DNA of 29,478 bases, taken from Chiloscyllium plagiosum. Taxonomy: Eukaryota. A program made the position numbers and the translations under genes. The DNA is taken from assembly GCF_004010195.1 (NCBI RefSeq), contig NC_057718.1, forward strand, positions 61,680,136 through 61,709,613, in the 5' to 3' direction. Of this stretch, positions 11,256-22,465 are shown in pieces; position 1 is the first letter of the stretch; each line of letters starts with the position of its first letter. The notes under the pieces are model-generated. The model was given only the letters and a program-made list of their open reading frames with translations. It had not been told where the DNA came from and ran no database searches.

Positions 11256-12973
11256 AACCAGAGCTTCCTGATTGGCCCAGGTTAACAACCCTAATCAAGA
11301 ATTTCAGTCAACAAGATCTACCTGGCTCCAATCACTACAGTAACCAAGCTACATACAAATTGGCATAGACATAAGAAGATTGGAAAGTAAGCATGTGGCT
11401 AAAGGAGTGATGTGGGAAAGACAGGTTGCATTTCATGGGGCACTAGCACCAGTATTGAGATTGAAAGGAACTCTCCCATTAGGACATGCTCCACCTGAGC
11501 AGATTTGGGACCAGGACTCTAGCAGGAAGGCTAAGTAGTGTGGTAACAAGGGCTTTAAATTAGTTTAAATGGGAAAAGGCTCAGGAGAGGTTATTAAAGT
11601 TTCCAGAACAAATATTAGGACAAAGAGTATGGAAAAGGTTAGAAACCTAACTTCAGGTACAGCAGATAACGGAACAACTATGAGAAGAGGGGTGGTCAAC
11701 CCAGAGCTGAGGATGTTGTACTTAAATGCACACAGTATAAGAAACAAGGTAAATGAGTTTGTAGTGCAGAGTGATTTGTGACTGCAAAGGAATCAGGGCT
11801 GGGAGCGAAATATCCATGGATACGCGTTGTATTGAAAAGACAGGCAGATGGGCAGTGGGAGGGTTGTCTTCTTAGTAAGAAAGGAAATTAAATCAATACT
11901 AAGAAGCAATATTGGGTCAGCAGGCATACAATCAATGTGGGTCAAATTGAAGAACCACATAGGTAAAAAGACGCTGATGGGAGTTGTGTCCAGGCTTCTT
12001 AGCAGTAGTCAGGATGTGGTGCAGCAAATAAAGCAGGAGATAGTAAAGGCATGTAAGAAATGCACGATTACCTTATCATGATGACTTCAATGTGCAGGAG
12101 GACTGGAAAAATCAAATTGGTAGTAGATCCCAAGAAAAAGAATTTGTAAAATGTCTATCAGATGTTTTTTTTGGAGCAGCTTGAGGTGGAGCCCCATTGG
12201 GGAACAGGCAATTCACCACCTGGTGATGTGTAATGAGGCAGACTTTATTAGGGAGTTTAAGGTGAAGGAAGCCCTAAGGGGCATTGATCATAATATGATA
12301 GAATTTACCCTGTGGTTTGAGAAATGGAATCAGATGTAACAGTATTACAACTGAGTAAAGGTAACCACAAAGATATGAGGGAGGAGCTGGGTAGACAGGA
12401 TCAGAAGGAGAGTCTAGCAGGGAAGACAGTGGAGCAGTAATGGCAAAGAAACGAGAGGCCGGGTAGTGTGGCCTTGGTCATTAGGCAGATTTTGGAATCT
12501 GTTTGTCAGGATGAGATTGCGGAGTACTTGAAAGTGAATGGGAAAATAGGGCAGAGTCAGCACAACTTTGTCAAGTGGAAGTCATGCCTGACAATCTATT
12601 AGAGTTCTTTAAGGAAGAAATGAGCAAGTTAGACAAAGAAGAGCCAGTGGGCATGATCTATTTCTAGAAGTCCTTTGACAAGGTGTTGCACAGAGGCTAC
12701 TAAATAAGATAACAGCCCATGGTATCAGGAGCAAGGTACTAGCATGGATAGAGGATTGGCTGACTGGCAGAAGGCAAAGCGTAGGGATAAAGGGGTCTTT
12801 TGCAGACTGGCTGCCAGTGAGTGGTGGAGTTGCACAGGGGTCAGGGTTGGGACCACACTATTCATGCTATAAATTAATGATCTGAATGAAGGAACTGAGG
12901 GCATTGTTGTTAAGTTTGCAGATGACACAAAGATAAGTGAAGGAACAGATAGTGTTAGGGAAGTGAGGGGGCA

Positions 12974-13049
12974 GCTCTCCTTTATCTAAATTACTTATTA
13001 CCTCCTTAAAGAATTCTAATAGATTTGTCAGGTATGATCTCCACTTGGA
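12974..13049 (-). repeat. Inverted ~75-bp CR1 RT fragment embedded in the same CR1 (homologous to 12570-12644)
   Basis: The minus strand encodes KWRSYLTNLLEFFKEVISNLDKGE; its reverse complement aligns to gtcaagtggaagtcatgcctgaca...agacaaagaagagc. Confidence 0.85.
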
Positions 13050-13383
13050 CGGACTCAGAGAGTAGGCAAAAAAGAGGCAGTTGGAATACAATGTGGAAAA
13101 TTGTGAGGTTGTGTATTTTGGTAGGAAAACTAGAGACATAGACTACTTTCTAAATGGGGAAAGGCTTCAGAAATCTGAAACACAAAGGGACTTAGGAATC
13201 ATGGTTTAGGATTCATTTAAGTTTCACACGAAGATTCAGTTGGCAGTTAGATAAGCAAATGCAATGTTTGCATTCATCTTAAAAAGAATAGAATATAAAA
13301 GTGGGGATGTTCTGCTGATGCTCTGTTCTGACTGCATTTGGAATATTGTGAGACGTTTTGGTCTTGGTATCTAAGGAAGGATG

Positions 13384-13717
13384 ATTCCTGATGAAGGGCT
13401 CTTACCTAAAACGTTCATTAGAACATAGAACAATACAGCACAGAACAGGCCCTTCAGCCCACGATGTTGTGCCGAACATTTGTCCTAGCTTAAGCACCTA
13501 TCCATGTACCTATTCAATTGCCACTTAAAGGTCACCAATGATTCTGACTCTGCCACTCCCATAGGCAGCGCATTCCATGCCCCCACCACTGTCTGGGTAA
13601 AGAACCTACCCCTGATATCTCCCCTATACCTTCCACCCTTCACCTTAAATTTATGTCCCCTGCTCCTCAGATGCTGCCTGACCTGTTGTGTTTTTCCAGC
13701 ACCCCACTCTTGACTCT
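13384..13717 (+). mobile_element. PLE family A truncated arm (decayed hammerhead) interrupted by a CR1 tail
   Basis: attcCTGATGAagggctcttacctaaaacg at 13384-13413, resuming as cctgctcctcagatgctgcc at ~13659. TSD tctaaggaag(g/c)atg at 13370-13383 and 13715-13728. Confidence 0.85.
13418..13660 (-). mobile_element. CR1 LINE 3' end
   Basis: tagaacatagaacaatacagcacagaacaggcccttcagcccac... is the reverse complement of a CR1 terminal microsatellite and 3' UTR. Confidence 0.85.
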
Positions 13718-13790
13718 AAGGAAGCATGGTCATGGAGGGGGTCCAGAGGAGATTCAAAAGAATGATCCAGGGATGAAGGATTTTTAATAT

Positions 13791-14144
13791 GGGCAGCACG
13801 GCAGCTCAGTGGTTAGCACTGCTCCCGTACAGTGCCAGAAACCCGGGTTCGATTCCAACCTCGGGCCACTATCTGTGTGAAGTTTGCACATTCTCCCTGC
13901 ACATTCTCTGCGTGGGTTTCCTCCAGGTGCTCTGAATTCCTCCCACAATCAAAAAATATGTTGGTTAGGTGAATTGGCCATGCTAAATTTCCCATAGTGT
14001 TCAGGGATGTGTAGATTAGGTGCATTAGTCAGGGGTAAATGGGGTAGGGGAATGGGTCTAGGTGGGGTACTCTTCAAAGGGTCAGTATGGACTTGTTGGG
14101 CCAAATTGCCTGTTTCCACACTGTAGGGATTCAATGATTCTATG
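13791..14144 (+). mobile_element. tRNA-derived HE1/V-type SINE, full length
   Basis: A-box-like gcagctcagtgg, B box ggttcgattcc, V-domain core (gtttgcacattctcc...gtgggtttcctcc), CR1-like tail; aatatg on both flanks. Confidence 0.92.
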
Positions 14145-14501
14145 AATATGAGGAGCGATTAAGGACTTGATGGAGTTTAGAAGGACGAGGAGCGCTCTGA
14201 TTGAAACTTACAGAACACTGAGAGGCCTGGATATGGAGAAGATTGTTCCATCAGAGGAGAGACTAGAACCCGAGGGCACAGCCTCAGAGTGAAAGGCTGA
14301 CTCTTTATACCTGAGATGAAGAAGAATTTCTTCAGCCAGAGAGTGCTGAATCAGTGGAACTCAATACCACAGAAGACTGTGGAGGCCAAGTCATTGAGTG
14401 TCTTTAATACATAGATAGATATATTCTTGATCAGTAAGGGAATCAAGAGTTATGGGGAGAAGACAGAAGAATGGGGTTGAGACAGGTATCACACAATAAG
14501 C

Positions 14502-14715
14502 GGGGCGAAAGTGAGGACTGCACATACTGGAGATTAGAGTCAAGATTAGAGTGGTGCTGGAAATGCACAGCAGGTCAGGCAGCATCCAAGGAGCAGGAAA
14601 ATCGATGTTTTGAGCAGGAGCCCTTCAGCAGGCTCATCCCGAAACGTCGATTTCCCTGCTCCTAGGATGCTGCCTGACCGGCTGTACGTTTCCAGCACCA
14701 CTCTAATCTTGACAC
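14502..14715 (-). mobile_element. PLE family A fold-back insertion
   Basis: Complete inverted arm on the left and truncated arm on the right, folding inside hammerhead stem II. TSD cacacaataagc at 14490-14501 and 14716-14727. Confidence 0.9.
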
Positions 14716-14744
14716 CACACAATAAGCACTGAACTATACTCATG

Positions 14745-14988
14745 ATTGCTTTATTGAGTGACAACGAATATTTACACAACGCAACTGCCAGAAATGAATC
14801 TAAACATTTCTCCTTAATACACAGTAGCGTGAGGACTACTGAATCCTCACCACAATATTCTGGAGGTTTTCATTCACCAGAATTTAATTGGATCAGCCAC
14901 ATATATACTGTGACTGCAAGGGAAGAGCGAAGGCTGAAATTTCTGGAGTGATTAACTCACCTCCTGACATCTAAGCCCTATCAAACAT
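14745..14988 (+). mobile_element. Probable continuation of the old host LINE (RT C-terminal region)
   Basis: Decayed ILGVxxxxxLNWxxHI-type region ending ctcacctcctgac; reads on into 16627. Confidence 0.65.
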
Positions 14989-15938
14989 TGTATAGGTAGA
15001 ATTGAGAGAGAACCGAAACCCTGACTCTATGGCCTTACTGTCCATGGTCTGGTTTAGAAAGGAAGATGCATGTGTTTCCTTACCCCTGAGTGTGTGGTCA
15101 ATTTGAAAACCTAGCAGCAACCTCTCATGGGTTTAAACAAAAATAATTCTTTACTCATATATTCACTCCAAAACCCAAAACTCCAACATTACATCACTCC
15201 GTCAGCACTCATACACTCACTTAAGGAAAAATCAGGTAAAGAGAATTTTTACACGTTATGAAAGAAAGAATAGTTCATAATTCATGTGTTTGGTTCATCT
15301 TAGGAAAAATCGTGTGCTGCAGGCCCATTGAAGATGGGGTTTTCACTCCTGAAGGATAGTCTAGGTGGATTCAAAAGTTGGAGTTGTATATTAAGATTAT
15401 TTTAGGATTCCCTTGAAGAGATGGAGTAGGAGGTTGTTTCTCCATACCAGCGGGCTTGAGGAGGAACAGGCAGATATTGCAGGTCCCAATTTTTAACTGT
15501 TGTTGTCCTGTCTGCTGCTGTCTCTGCAATGTGGTTTGCAGACTGAATTGGTTTCTCCTTGGTTTTGGGAATAAAAGTTTGTCATCTGAAGGCAGTTTAT
15601 ATCAGGTGCCCCTGCCACCGACAAATACTTATACTGTACATTCCAAATGATTTAGAAGTCTGAAGCCATTGTTACACTGTGGGGAAGTGGGCAATGAGTT
15701 ATTTACACCTGATTATGATGAACTGACTTTCACACTTTGTATTTGTTAAGTTCCAAACTTAGTGATATGAAGGCTGCACTTGTAGGTTTACTAATAATAG
15801 GAGATTAAATTACATAAATGGTTTCTACCTTTGTATATCCATCAAAGGGAGGCACAGAACCCATTGTCACTCAATTAAGAAGATTAGAGACTTGAGTAAC
15901 TTTTAAGTCTATGTCAAAATTGCAAAAGTCACCTGACT

Positions 15939-16252
15939 GGGCGGCATGGTGGCACAGTGGTTAGCACTGCTGCCTCACAGCGCCAGAGACCCGGGTTCAA
16001 TTCCCGCCTCAGGCGACTGACTGTGTGGAGTTTGCACGTTCTCCCCGTGTCTGCGTGGGTTTCCTCCGGGTGCTCCGGTTTCCTCCCACCATCCAAAGAT
16101 GTGCAGGGTCAGGTAAATTGGCCATACTAAATTGCCTGTAGTGTTAGGTAAGGGGTAAATGTAGGGGTATGGGTGGGTTTCGCTTCGGCGGGTCGGTGTG
16201 GACTTGTTGGACCTCTTCCCACACTGTAATCTAATCTAATCTAATCTAATCT
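15939..16252 (+). mobile_element. HE1/V-type tRNA SINE, young full-length copy
   Basis: A box tggcacagtgg, B box ggttcaattcc, CpG-rich intact core and (taatc)5 tail. Confidence 0.96.
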
Positions 16253-16316
16253 TAACAGGCATCTTAACAGTCATTCAATATTGGCAGCAGACTGGTGGCT
16301 CAGTTGTGGGGGGGAG

Positions 16317-16580
16317 TGAGTAGCACAGTTGCTCAGTGGTTAGCACTGCTGCCTCACTGCGCCAGGGACCTAGATTCGATTCCACCCTTAGGGGTGATTG
16401 TCTGTGTGGAGTTTGCACATTCTCCCACGTGGATCTCCTCCAGGTGCTTTGGTTTCCCCCCACAGTCAAAGGATGTGCAGGTTAGGTGGATTAGCCATGG
16501 AAAATGCAGGGTTACAGGGATAGAGTAGGTGTGACTCGATGGGCTGAATGGCTTGCTTCCACACTGTAGGGATTCTATAT
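16317..16580 (+). mobile_element. HE1/V-type tRNA SINE, older copy
   Basis: gctcagtggttagcactgctgcctcac head, conserved core and ccacactgtagggattctat tail. Confidence 0.92.
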
Positions 16581-16626
16581 CTGAAATTCTATTCTGAATA
16601 CTTAATACTGTTTATTGCATGTGAGA

Positions 16627-16775
16627 ACCATTTATAAGGCACAAGTCAGGAGTGTGATGGAATACTCCCCACTTGCCTGGTGAGTGCAGCTCCAACAACA
16701 CTCGAGAAGCTCAACATCATCCAGGACAAAGCAGCCCACTTGATCAGCACTCCATCCAACACCTAAACATTCAGT
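16627..16775 (+). mobile_element. Continuation of the old host LINE
   Basis: Encodes TIYKAQVRSVMEYSPLAW...KLNIIQDKAA, a CR1-group RT C-terminal motif. Confidence 0.85.
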
Positions 16776-16776
16776 C

Positions 16777-17738
16777 AACACTGGAGCCCCCCAAGGATAT
16801 GTCCTCAGCCCCCTACTGTACACTCTGTAACTGTGTCGCCAAATTCCAAGCAAACGCTATCTACAAGTTTGCTGATGACACCAGCAAGGTAGGACAGATA
16901 TCTAACAATGATGAATCAAAATACAGAAGGGAGATAGAAGGTTGTTGACGTGATGCAGTGAGAACAACGTCTCTCTCTTTCTCAATGTCAGCAAAACGAA
17001 AGAACTGTTCATTGCCTTCAGAAAGAAAGGAAGAGAATGCATCCCCATTTACATCAATGGAACAGAGGTTGAGAGGGTAGAGAGCATCAAGTTCCTTGGC
17101 GTGAGGATAACCAACAATCGCATAGATGCAATGTTCAAGAAGGCACAACAATGCCTCTTCTTTCTCAGGCACCTCAGGGAATTTAGCATGTCCATAAGGA
17201 CCCTCACCAACGTTTACAGATGCACCATTGAGAACATACTATCCAGATGCATCATGGCCTGGTAAGGCAACTGCTCTGTCCAGGACCATAAGAAACTACA
17301 GAAGGTTGTGTGCACAGCCCAGGATATGACAGGAGCCAACTTTCCATCCATGGAATCCATTTACACAGCCTGTTGCCACAGAAAGGCTGCCAATATCATC
17401 AAAGAAGCATCACACCCAGTAATGATCTCCTACAACCTCTTCCGTCAGACAGAGGATAGAGATGGTTGAACACACGATCCAGCAGGTTCAGGAACAGCTT
17501 CTTCCCAGTCATTATTAGTCTGATGAATGAACTGTCTAGCCTCAAATAATGCTGAACTTGTGAATGTTGATCTTGCCTTGTGCATGCCATGGGCAATGTA
17601 ACATGTATGCCTCTCTCTATGTTTCTTTTCACCCTATGAATTGTATGTCATTGCTTATTATGATCTGCTTGTACTGCTCATAAACACAACTTTCACTATA
17701 CTTAGGTACATTTGACAATAAATAAATCAAATCAAATC
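16777..17738 (+). mobile_element. Rex1/Babar-type LINE, 5'-truncated RT fragment with 3' tail
   Basis: TGAPQGYVLSPLLYTL, KFADDTSKVGQISNNDESKYRREIE and FYRCTIENIL motifs; ends aataaataaatcaaatcaaatc. Confidence 0.88.
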
Positions 17739-18800
17739 CCTCCACCATCAGGAATTGCCTCTTGAATCCATGAAGACAACAAAGCAAACTGCAGGAGACT
17801 ATGGAGAAAGCTGATGTGAGCCCCCAGTGGCACACCATTTATATCCCATATGTCTCTTTCTGTTCTCATCTATTAACAGTGCCCCAAACTCAATTTTACC
17901 TTCTTTCATCTCATTGAGCAGCATGATAATATTGAAGTCAGTTATGACTAGTGAAATTTGATGTAGTTTTTAGAGAGGGACAGAAATGAAAAACAAATCA
18001 ACACTATTACTGGTCATGGCGAAGGACACAAGTTTTCTAAAAAAAAAGGAACCTGTCCCTTGGGGTGTGATTTCCAATCCAGGGTCAGAATATTTTGATT
18101 CATTTTCAGGTCCCAATCCTGCTGCATGCAGCAACACTTACATGATACAATGTCAGTACAAAAAGCAGGAAACTGGCCTGGAGTCAGTAGCAGCACCTAA
18201 TTACCAGCACCAGACGTAGGGAGAGGATGGGAGTCAGGTTTGTGTTGGGCTCAATTTAATGGGCAGGTGGGAGTCACTGTTTTGCTTGCCATTTGCTGAA
18301 GAGATATTAGAAGATGCGTAATAAAGGGCAATGAGAAAAAAGGTGCCCACTTCCTGTGCCAAGGAGGTCCTCCCCCCTTTCTCAGCCATCTCACTGGAGA
18401 TTGGTTGTCAGCCCATGCCACTGGTAATGTCACTTTGTGGCTCATTTGGGTTTCTGATCCAAACAATAGCAAAGTATGAAGCAATAAAGCCTCAGGAAAG
18501 TCAGTGTGCAGAGGCTGATTTCATGAACACAATTTATGTGTTCCCTTTACTGCCCATCATCAGTATGTTTTATGATAAAAGGGATGTGTATTTTCTTACC
18601 TAGGAAGTGTGTATCTTAGTCATTACAACAACAAGATTTTGTGAGTGCTAAACAATATTGATTACCAGTAAAGACAGTATACTGTTGTAAATTAATAAAC
18701 TAGTTTCTGTTTATGATCTGTGTATTCCACAAAGCAGTGTTTAGACAGTCTTGACATTTCGAAATTGAAGCAAAGGTCTTGTAATGAAAGCTGTGAGGTT

Positions 18801-19045
18801 TCATAGTATCCCTACAGTGCAGATAGAAGCTGTACAGCCCATCAAGACTGCACTGTCCAATAGCATCCCACCCCTTCACCCTATTCTCACAACCCTTCAT
18901 TTAACATGGCCAATCCACCTAACCTGCACATCCTTGGACTGTAGGAGGAAACCAGAGCACCTAAAGGAAATACATGCAGACACGGGGAGAATGTGCAAAC
19001 TCCATATGGACAGCCACCCAAGGCTGAAATTGAACCCAGGTCCCT
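18801..19045 (-). mobile_element. HE1/V-type SINE, 5'-truncated
   Basis: Reverse complement of the tail, the core (gcagacacggggagaatgtgcaaactcc) and the B box. Confidence 0.9.
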
Positions 19046-19399
19046 ATATCCTGTAGTTGAATTTCTACAAAGTTATTTCTCAGACAAATGTTAAACTGAA
19101 CAAATTGGGAGAGTCTTTCTGAAGAGAATTCCTGCTTTCAAGGTAAAACTTAATTACTTTTGGTGGCATTGATTACTGGCAGCTAGTTTGAAGCATTTTG
19201 CTCGACCTGTTTACAAACAATAACAACATGTCTCTCTCATCATGTGACTTTTCACAAGTTCAAACTTGTTTTCCTAATAAAAGATGGTATGTATGATGAT
19301 TCTAATATCTTATTCTAATATGTTTAAAACCTTGAAGATTTGAGACAGTCAGTGTCTTTGGGCAGTATCTTGTAGCAACCTGAACAATATGCATTATGG

Positions 19400-19980
19400 T
19401 GGAAAATATGGGAGAATTGCATGAAAGGTTGGGCAAGGACTTTCTCAACTTCAGGAGCAGCTGGTTGTATTTTCAAACTGAGTTAAGGGTGTCGAGATGT
19501 GATTCTCAATGAGGAGTGTCAAGATGCCTATTAAGGGGAGGTCATTATTTGTTGACAGCCTCTTAAAGAACAAATCTCACCTCATTAACATGTAACTTCC
19601 TATTCTACCATGGGCCATGAGGAAACTAGATGTCAACAATTCTCAACATGAGAATCAGAATGGGCACCTAGTGACCTCAGCTCACTCGTTGCTCCTCTGA
19701 GCTGCCATAATGTATACCTGGCATTAAAATGTCAGGGCAGGCTCCAGAATACCATCTGCGCATACGCCATGCTCATGGACACTGACATCCTAAAAAATGC
19801 CACCTTCTCAGAACCCCCATGGTAACTCTCCAATCCATTTGCAGGATGTTTCCAAAATTTGGGGTTCAACAGAGACTGGCATCAAGAGGCTCCTGCAAGG
19901 TTATGGTCACTTTGGACACAGGGACAGGCTGTCAGCTTTCAGATTAGACTAGCCTACTTCTCAGGACTGCTCACTTCTCC
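19400..19980. mobile_element. Degenerate repeat resembling the left end of the 2154-9532 element
   Basis: Shares aatctcacctcatt and similar surrounding sequence with 2348-2361 (e.g. gagaatcaga versus gaaaatcaga). Confidence 0.35.
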
Positions 19981-19990
19981 TAGCTCTCAA

Positions 19991-20269
19991 TCATAGAATC
20001 CCAGCAGTGCGGAAGCAGGCCATTCAGCCCATTGACCTGCCAAAGAGCATTCCACCTAAATCTTCCCCATCCCTGTAACCCCACATTTCCCATAGATAAC
20101 CTGCACATTCCTGGACTCTATGGGTAATTTAGCATGGCCAATCCACCTAACCTGCACTGGACTGTGAGGTGAAACCGGAGCACCTAGAGGAAACCCACAC
20201 AGACAGTTGCCCCTGGGTGGAATCGAACCCAGTTCCTTGATGCAACAGTGCTGGACACTGAGCCATCAT
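19991..20269 (-). mobile_element. HE1/V-type SINE with internal deletions
   Basis: tcatagaatcc...gcaggccattcagccc tail, core, ggaatcgaaccc (B box, reverse) and cactgagcca (A box, reverse). Confidence 0.9.
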
Positions 20270-21204
20270 TTAACCCTGACATTAATTGCTCACACCCTCT
20301 TCATCTTGCATTTTAGGATGATGGCAATTCTATCAGGCCTAAAGGTTCATGGTACAGCCGTATTGACTCAATGTTTAGTGCATACACAGAACCAGGCTGC
20401 CTGTCAGGCTTGGCGGATCAGTCCGGGGGAGGACATTTTGCTGTGTGTGCTAGCTGCCTGCACCCCATAAACATACTGCATGATTTCCCAACCAAATGAT
20501 CATGCCTCAAAGTATGTGAGGGATTGTCCTCCATCAAGTCAAGGGGACTCGCTGTCACTCAGGGGATTCGTCAGTCAAGGAAAGAGTCTGCAGGCATTCC
20601 AGGAGCTAGGCACAATCAGGAGTCCATGTGCTATGACAGTGATCAGAGGATCCATCCAACTACAGACCAGGGAGGTGAGCTATACTCATGATGTAAGGCC
20701 CCACAAGATATCAGGGCAATTGCGCACCATCAGTTAAGGAGGTGCAGGCTCTGTGCTCAGGGTTCTGCTCCCTTTCTGCCCATCAAACCTAGTCATGGGG
20801 CTGGAGAGCAATTAGTCCTGGGGTTGGGAGTCTCACATTGAGCACCAGAGACAGGGATGAGGGCACTGAGAGGCAAAGAGGTGAGCTGTGGTGATAGGAG
20901 GCACATTCAAGGCCAGGAGTTTATATTAAAATGGGGACAAGGATGGTGACAGGGGTAGCTGGTTAATGTGCAATGGGAGGGTCTGGAAAGTTAGGGAAAT
21001 AAGACTTGTTAGAGAAATGGTACATGCTAATGCAAATTATGTAAGGTGGGATTTATGGAATCTTTCTATCCCTTCTTCCTTTATTGCCCCCCTCCCTCCC
21101 CCTTCCCCCCACCCCCCCACAACTCCATTGTCAAGGGCTCTGCCTCCTCATCACTAATCACAGCTACCTTGGAGAGGTTCATCCAAGCTTCACCAACTCC
21201 ATTT

Positions 21205-21262
21205 CTCTCTTCACAGCTGCTGCCAGACCTGCCAAATTTCTTCAGCACTTTATGTTTCAGAT
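21205..21262 (+). mobile_element. Decayed PLE family B tail fragment
   Basis: ctctcttcacagctgctgccagacctgc matches 28424-28449. Confidence 0.6.
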
Positions 21263-21349
21263 CTCCTTCTGTTGGACCTGGCATGTCCTTCCACACTTTT
21301 CATTGAACCATAATTGATGCCCTGACTTGGTGGTCAAAATAGAGTGCGG

Positions 21350-21866
21350 ACCATTCTGGCTATTGAGGGAGTGCAGCGTAGGTTCACGAGGTCAATGCTT
21401 GGAATGGCAGGATTACCTTACACTGAAAGACTGGAGTGACTGGGCTTGTATACCCTTGAGTTTAGAAGACTGAGAGGGGATCTGATTGAGACATATAAGA
21501 TTATTAGAGGATTGGACACTCTGGAGGCAGGAAACATGTTTCCGCTGATGCGTGAGTGCCAACCAGAGGACACAGCTTAAAAATATGGGGTAGACCATTT
21601 AGGACAGAGATGAGGAGAAACTTCTTCACCCAAGAGTGGTGGCTATGTGGAATGCTCTGCCCCAGAGGGCAGTGGAGGCCCAGTCTCTGGATTCATTGAA
21701 GAAAGAGTTGAATAGAGCTCTCAACGATAGTGGAATCAAGGGATGTAAGGCAGGAACAGGATACTGATTAAGTATGATCAGCCATGATCATATTGAATGG
21801 TGGTGCAGGCTCGAAGGGCAGAATGGCCTACTCCTGCACCTATTGTCTAATTTCTACTGTCTATTG
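21350..21866 (+). mobile_element. CR1 LINE 3' end, relatively well preserved
   Basis: IEGVQRRFTR, LEFRRLRGDLIETYKI and RRNFFTQ motifs; tail gaatggcctactcctgcacctattgtcta. Confidence 0.93.
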
Positions 21867-21867
21867 G

Positions 21868-22465
21868 TACAGATTGAAGTTGAATACAGCTCTGTTACTG
21901 ATGATAGGCTGAAGTGCCTCATGGGTGCCCATTTTTGAGTTACTAGATCTGCACGAAATCTATTCCAGTCAGCACAGTGGTAGTGCCACGCAACCCAAAG
22001 AGGATATCCTCAATCTGAAAATGGAACTTTTTCTCCACAAGGGCTGTGTGTTTGTCCATAGTTAATCTGTTCCAAGTAGGTTAGAGAGGACTAGGCGTTT
22101 CTCCTCTTAGTTGGTTCCCTCACCACCTGCCTCAGGCACAGAATAGAAGCTACGTCCTTTTGGATCTGACTAGCATGATCAACAGTAGAGCTCCCAAGCC
22201 ATTCATGGTGATTGACAACAAAGCCCCCACCCAGAATCCATCCTCACTGAATCTTCCAATTGGTGCTCATGGCTTCATCAGCTCAGGAGCAGGGGTGGCA
22301 GTAGTTGGGAATCAGCAGGAGGTTTAACATGATACTTTGAGACATCATGGGGTCCAGAGTCCAATTGTTAATGACACTTTGGGCAACGCCCTCCTGACTG
22401 TATACTGTTGTGCCTGAGCCACTATTAGATGTTGATAGTGGTGTCTCAGACATTGTAAGGTATGA
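21868..22465 (-). mobile_element. Old CR1/L2-group LINE endonuclease-region fragment
   Basis: The minus strand gives decayed LLLIPNYCHP..ADE, WVGA..NHHEWLGSST.D and QVVREPTKR motifs. Confidence 0.7.

Larger units (their letters stand above)
10432..11339. mobile_element. Small (~200 bp native) solo-LTR-like element inside CR1 ORF1, split by Tx1 insertions
   Basis: Begins TGaaat and ends actaCA. Flanks ttaac (10427-10431) and gtaac (11340-11344) form a 5-bp TSD with 1 mismatch. CR1 ORF1 similarity resumes on both sides. Confidence 0.65.
10040..14735 (+). mobile_element. Large decayed CR1 LINE (SGNH/esterase-type ORF1; ORF2 endonuclease and RT; 3' UTR) with multiple nested insertions
   Basis: ORF1 remnants VVRDSII...ESRMGCCLP (10180-10270) and DMLHL (~11483). 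Endonuclease start LYLNAHSIRNK (~11715). RT motifs KSFDKV, GSGLGPxLF and KFADDTK (12660-12935). 3' end at 14150-14480. Many stops, frameshifts and deletions. Confidence 0.88.
14989..16626 (-). mobile_element. Putative solo LTR (~1.05 kb native) containing two SINEs
   Basis: Splits the host LINE cleanly. Starts TG and ends gtgaga (possibly decayed gtgaca). Flanks aacat (14984-14988) and accat (16627-16631). AGTAAA on the minus strand ~160 bp from the left end. Confidence 0.5.

Noticed and set aside
15939..16012. tRNA-like A and B boxes
   Set aside because: SINE head continuing into the V-domain core; not a tRNA gene. The same applies to the other SINE copies.
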